Assembly (NCBI GenBank): GCA_030141605.1
Contig: JAQGDQ010001028.1
Span: 34,878-69,234, forward strand
Direction: 5' to 3'
Source: Tubiluchus corallicola
Lineage: Eukaryota > Animalia > Priapulida
DNA: 34,357 bases
A program made the translations under genes and the position numbers. Positions 32,501 to 34,357 of this stretch are shown piece by piece. Position 1 is the stretch's first letter, and the number at the start of each line of letters is the position of its first letter. A model generated the notes under the pieces. The model searched no databases and was not told the DNA's origin. It was given only the letters and a program-made list of their open reading frames with translations.

Positions 32501-33556
32501 ATAGCCTAATACACCACAAGTAATTGTTCTACCTGCTCATTACATAAACAATAATAAATTCACAAGAGGTGGGCAGGACAGAGCCATCAGCCTAGGGCGT
32601 CGTAAAGTCTTGACATACGCCTGAAAATAAGTGTTTATCATTTAGTTTGTGAAGTTCTAATTTGTCTTTAAAGTAGCTAAATGGGCTATGCTTTATTTTT
32701 CAGTAAAAATACTGAAGCTGCTTTTTGAGTTGGAAGCAAGTTAAAACTTTAACATAATGTATTGATACATTTTGCCTGCAGTGAAGCACAACGTTTCAGA
32801 ATGGTTGACTATATCTCAAACAAAAATTACAAGAAATTGTCTTTATCATTTTTGTCTTCTGGTTAATTTCTATATCATGTCAACTGGACAAGAGCATACG
32901 CTGTCTACATATACATATCCTATACTCACATTTAGAAACTTTTGACTGAATGATGTTTGTGGAAAACTGTTCCAGGAATTCACAGTGTCTGACAATTCTG
33001 AAGTGTGCTTAAGAGGCGATGTGCGTCTTCCGGTCCCAAAACAATTGACTTGTGATGATTGGTATAATGATGACATGGCTTCAACGGAAATTCATCCTTA
33101 TCGACTTTTTAATCCAAGTAAGAAGGCAAATTTGCACATTAATAAAACAATCCCATGTTATCAGTAAACATTCTCACTTATGCTGTTTCTACATCCTCAA
33201 AATTTTAATAAAAAATGTAAACTAGTTTGTTTTTATTTGTTTAATTACTACACGCTCAAAATTTGGGTAAAATTCCAACTTTCAGTGTGTAAGTTAATAG
33301 CATAATTTTCTTACAGTTTTGCTAAAAACTAGGGACAAGTAATGAACTAAATTAAATTAATTAAAAAGTTAAGTAAAGACTATTTTGTTTGCAATTAGCA
33401 TCATTCTAAACATTGTTTTTTCCATTCTTATTAAAACAAGATTATTTATATTTTAATAGCTTTTTTTCTCGACAGGTACAGAAGCTTCAAAGCAAGTTTT
33501 GTACAGTGCTTCTATTTTGACTAACATTGTACCCTTTCATACTGGATTTGATTCAG
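15382..33556 (+). CDS. ENPP1/3-like: ENPP1/3-like ectonucleotide pyrophosphatase/phosphodiesterase, spliced gene, 3'-incomplete (16 exons in the window)
   Basis: Phase-compatible GT-AG exons give the ENPP motifs in order: [65 protein letters not shown]...[56 protein letters not shown], then nuclease-like PWGLP, C..DVRLP and LTNIVP. The first two exons are less certain. Confidence 0.93.
16529..16576 (+). CDS. ENPP1/3-like: ENPP exon (first half of the transmembrane anchor)
   Basis: Acceptor tttttctaatttcag, donor GTG|gtaagt. [16 protein letters not shown] joins the next exon to form one continuous hydrophobic helix. Confidence 0.7.
17570..17640. repeat. (CA)n/(CACG)n microsatellite
   Basis: Read directly from the sequence. 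Confidence 0.9.
18652..18740 (+). CDS. ENPP1/3-like: ENPP exon (second half of the TM anchor and start of the stalk)
   Basis: ttgcag|...|gtaagt; [29 protein letters not shown]; phase 0-2. Confidence 0.8.
20260..20862 (+). mobile_element. 3' fragment of a CR1/L2/Crack-group LINE
   Basis: Open frame ...[10 protein letters not shown]...[49 protein letters not shown], stop at 20582-20584. WNSLP...FK..LK is the ORF2 C-terminal signature of this group. It is followed by a 3' UTR ending in AATAAA and an (ATT)n/(TA)n tail. Confidence 0.85.
21066..21468. mobile_element. hAT-family MITE, 403 bp
   Basis: Perfect 13-bp TIR TAGGGGTGAGCAT/ATGCTCACCCCTA, perfect 8-bp TSD TGAGTGGT (21058-21065 and 21469-21476), and many subterminal TTCGAA palindromes. 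Confidence 0.95.
21942..22067 (+). CDS. ENPP1/3-like: ENPP exon (Thr/Pro stalk and pre-catalytic linker)
   Basis: [41 protein letters not shown]; the W..PC....CP pattern matches the ENPP1-3 linker; phase 2-2. Confidence 0.9.
22786..22957 (+). CDS. ENPP1/3-like: ENPP exon (catalytic Thr)
   Basis: [57 protein letters not shown]; phase 2-0. Confidence 0.97.
23463..23593. repeat. Compound (CACG)/(CA)n/(TA)n microsatellite
   Basis: Read directly from the sequence. Confidence 0.95.
23658..23692 (-). ncRNA. Minimal type I hammerhead ribozyme motif of Penelope-like-element type
   Basis: Minus strand reads GTT-CTGATGA-A-GATGC-CAT-GTATC-GAAA-GCTA-AAC: both core boxes, a 5-bp stem II, palindromic AGCT in place of stem III, and a 3-bp stem I. 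It lies about 65 nt from a (TA)n tract. Confidence 0.6.
23837..23956 (+). CDS. ENPP1/3-like: ENPP exon
   Basis: [40 protein letters not shown]; phase 0-0. Confidence 0.95.
24151..24226 (+). CDS. ENPP1/3-like: ENPP exon
   Basis: [25 protein letters not shown]; phase 0-1. Confidence 0.95.
24405..24577 (+). CDS. ENPP1/3-like: ENPP exon (Zn ligands in EPD...GH)
   Basis: [57 protein letters not shown]; phase 1-0; weak donor gtataa. Confidence 0.93.
25692..25800 (+). CDS. ENPP1/3-like: ENPP exon (DH Zn ligands)
   Basis: [36 protein letters not shown]; phase 0-1. Confidence 0.95.
26200..26455. mobile_element. Short TIR element carrying an internal telomere-like (CCCTAA)n tract at 26322-26387
   Basis: Ends TTGAGAAATTGTAAA...TTTACATTTCTTCAA form an imperfect inverted repeat around degenerate CTAACCCTAA repeats. 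Confidence 0.5.
26744..26857 (+). CDS. ENPP1/3-like: ENPP exon
   Basis: [38 protein letters not shown]; phase 1-1; donor gtaagt. Confidence 0.92.
26873..27267. mobile_element. hAT-family MITE, 395 bp
   Basis: Perfect 14-bp TIR CAGGGCCTATTTCA/TGAAATAGGCCCTG and perfect 8-bp TSD GTTATTAA (26865-26872 and 27268-27275). Confidence 0.97.
27295..27936. mobile_element. hAT-like MITE remnant with only the right end intact
   Basis: Clustered TATCGTGA/GATAC subterminal repeats at both ends; right terminus TTACAGCCCTA (TAGGGCTGTAA type); left TIR not found. Confidence 0.5.
28173..28332 (+). CDS. ENPP1/3-like: ENPP exon
   Basis: [52 protein letters not shown]; the acceptor ttttttaag is forced by an in-frame TAA at 28169; phase 1-2. 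Confidence 0.9.
28444..28531 (-). mobile_element. 88-bp retroposon insertion with an RTE-like (TGA)n tail and a 12-bp TSD
   Basis: AAAATTGTAATA is duplicated at 28432-28443 and 28532-28543. The minus strand ends in hairpin ATGTCTA-CAA-TAGACGT followed by TGATGATGA. Confidence 0.7.
30006..30163 (+). CDS. ENPP1/3-like: ENPP exon (His Zn ligand in GNHGWD)
   Basis: [52 protein letters not shown]; phase 2-1. Confidence 0.96.
30328..31000. mobile_element. Old hAT-like MITE remnant
   Basis: Loose TIR CAGTGCTTAAAGT...GCTTGAAGTACATG, GGTCGC/GACCC subterminal motifs and a GGAGAGCT.TACAGC..CCCCCAGACC block; no clear TSD. Confidence 0.35.
31070..31254 (+). CDS. ENPP1/3-like: ENPP exon (end of the PDE domain and linker)
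   Basis: [61 protein letters not shown]; phase 1-0. Confidence 0.93.
31709..31915 (+). CDS. ENPP1/3-like: ENPP exon (start of the nuclease-like domain)
   Basis: [69 protein letters not shown]; phase 0-0. Confidence 0.9.
32240..32623 (+). mobile_element. hAT-like MITE, same family as 12752-12990
   Basis: Imperfect TIR CAGGGGCAGATTAA...TTGACATACGCCTG, flanks GAAATAAA/AAAATAAG matching at 6 of 8 positions, and extended colinear similarity to the second copy. Confidence 0.75.
32976..33117 (+). CDS. ENPP1/3-like: ENPP exon (nuclease-like domain)
   Basis: [47 protein letters not shown]; phase 0-1. Confidence 0.9.
33476..33556 (+). CDS. ENPP1/3-like: ENPP exon (nuclease-like domain); last exon in the window
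   Basis: [26 protein letters not shown] with the LTNIVP motif; phase 1-1; no stop codon is reached. Confidence 0.88.
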
Positions 33557-34357
33557 GTAAACTATGTACTATAAAACTTATATGCACCGTACTTTTAGAT
33601 TGTAGCTGTTCGATATATAACTTTTGTGTTGAAATATCATTTTCATCTTAAGAAGCGAATTAAGTTATATTGTCTACATTTATACAAACGTAACTTTCAC
33701 GAATATTTACAACAAACTAATTTTTTGGGGAAAGGGTAAAAGGTCAAGGTTATAAGCTTCTTTGGAACATGAAGGAATGTATCAATTGACAAATCTGCTT
33801 ATGCTACTGGTTATATTATCGGTTCTTCATAACAATTCTTTATGTATGGAATAAGAAACATTTTGGTAATTCATGCAATCAGTCAGTAACTGAAATGTTA
33901 ATTGCTATACATGTAAGAAAATAAATCATTCAATTATTGACCAGTTACTTCAGAAAACATGCAGTCTTCATCTTGCTTATTGTGTCCTTGCTTTAAAATA
34001 AAGTAAATTATAAGCCATTTTGCATAGTTAGTGTTATTTCTTAAAACTCAATTTTTGCATTATACATCAGAATGTGATATGTTAGATCAAATTTGTGATG
34101 CATTCTTAAGTTTTAATTTCACAGCTCATCTATTATTTTTTTGTATATTCATATTTGTGCATTTACTGTTAGTTTGCATTATAGAGTTTAAAACATTCAA
34201 ATTTGAAATCTACAATCTATTATTATGCTACTTCAAGCTTTTAAATTTTTATTTTTGTTTTATTTGACTGTTTTAAGTTTACTGCTGATGTTTATTTTAT
34301 GTATTTTGTATGTATTATGTATTGTACATAGTTTGGACTGAACTACACAGTTACCTT

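Overview
AT-rich eukaryotic (invertebrate animal-like) genomic DNA with spliced genes, not a prokaryotic locus. I reconstructed two divergently transcribed intron-containing genes by hand from GT-AG sites and exon phases. (1) Minus strand: the 5' part of a divergent TTLL4-like tubulin glutamylase, with at least 3 exons at 6030-3095; it runs off the left edge. (2) Plus strand: an ENPP1/3-like ectonucleotide pyrophosphatase/phosphodiesterase, 16 phase-compatible exons from about 15382 to 33556 (about 673 codons); it runs off the right edge. This ENPP has a type II membrane anchor, a Thr/Pro-rich stalk where vertebrate ENPP1-3 have somatomedin-B domains, an intact catalytic domain and a partial nuclease-like domain. 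The rest is dense in repeats: a probable Polinton/Maverick terminus (1-1789, ending CTACTACT) abutting a 44-bp minisatellite inside a TTLL4 intron; a tRNA-derived SINE with a Meta-like domain; a 25-unit 58-bp satellite apparently amplified from the tRNA-like head of that SINE family; a 7x96-bp hairpin-rich array; two dead LINE 3' fragments; several hAT-type MITEs (two with perfect 8-bp TSDs); a Penelope-type minimal hammerhead ribozyme motif; and telomere-like tracts. There is no CRISPR array or bacterial system. I found no clear-cut new multi-gene system. The best novelty candidates are the SINE/tRNA-head satellite, a possible signal-peptide-bearing TTLL4 paralogue, the SMB-less ENPP and the Polinton insertion. 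Family assignments are from recalled consensus sequences, not database searches.
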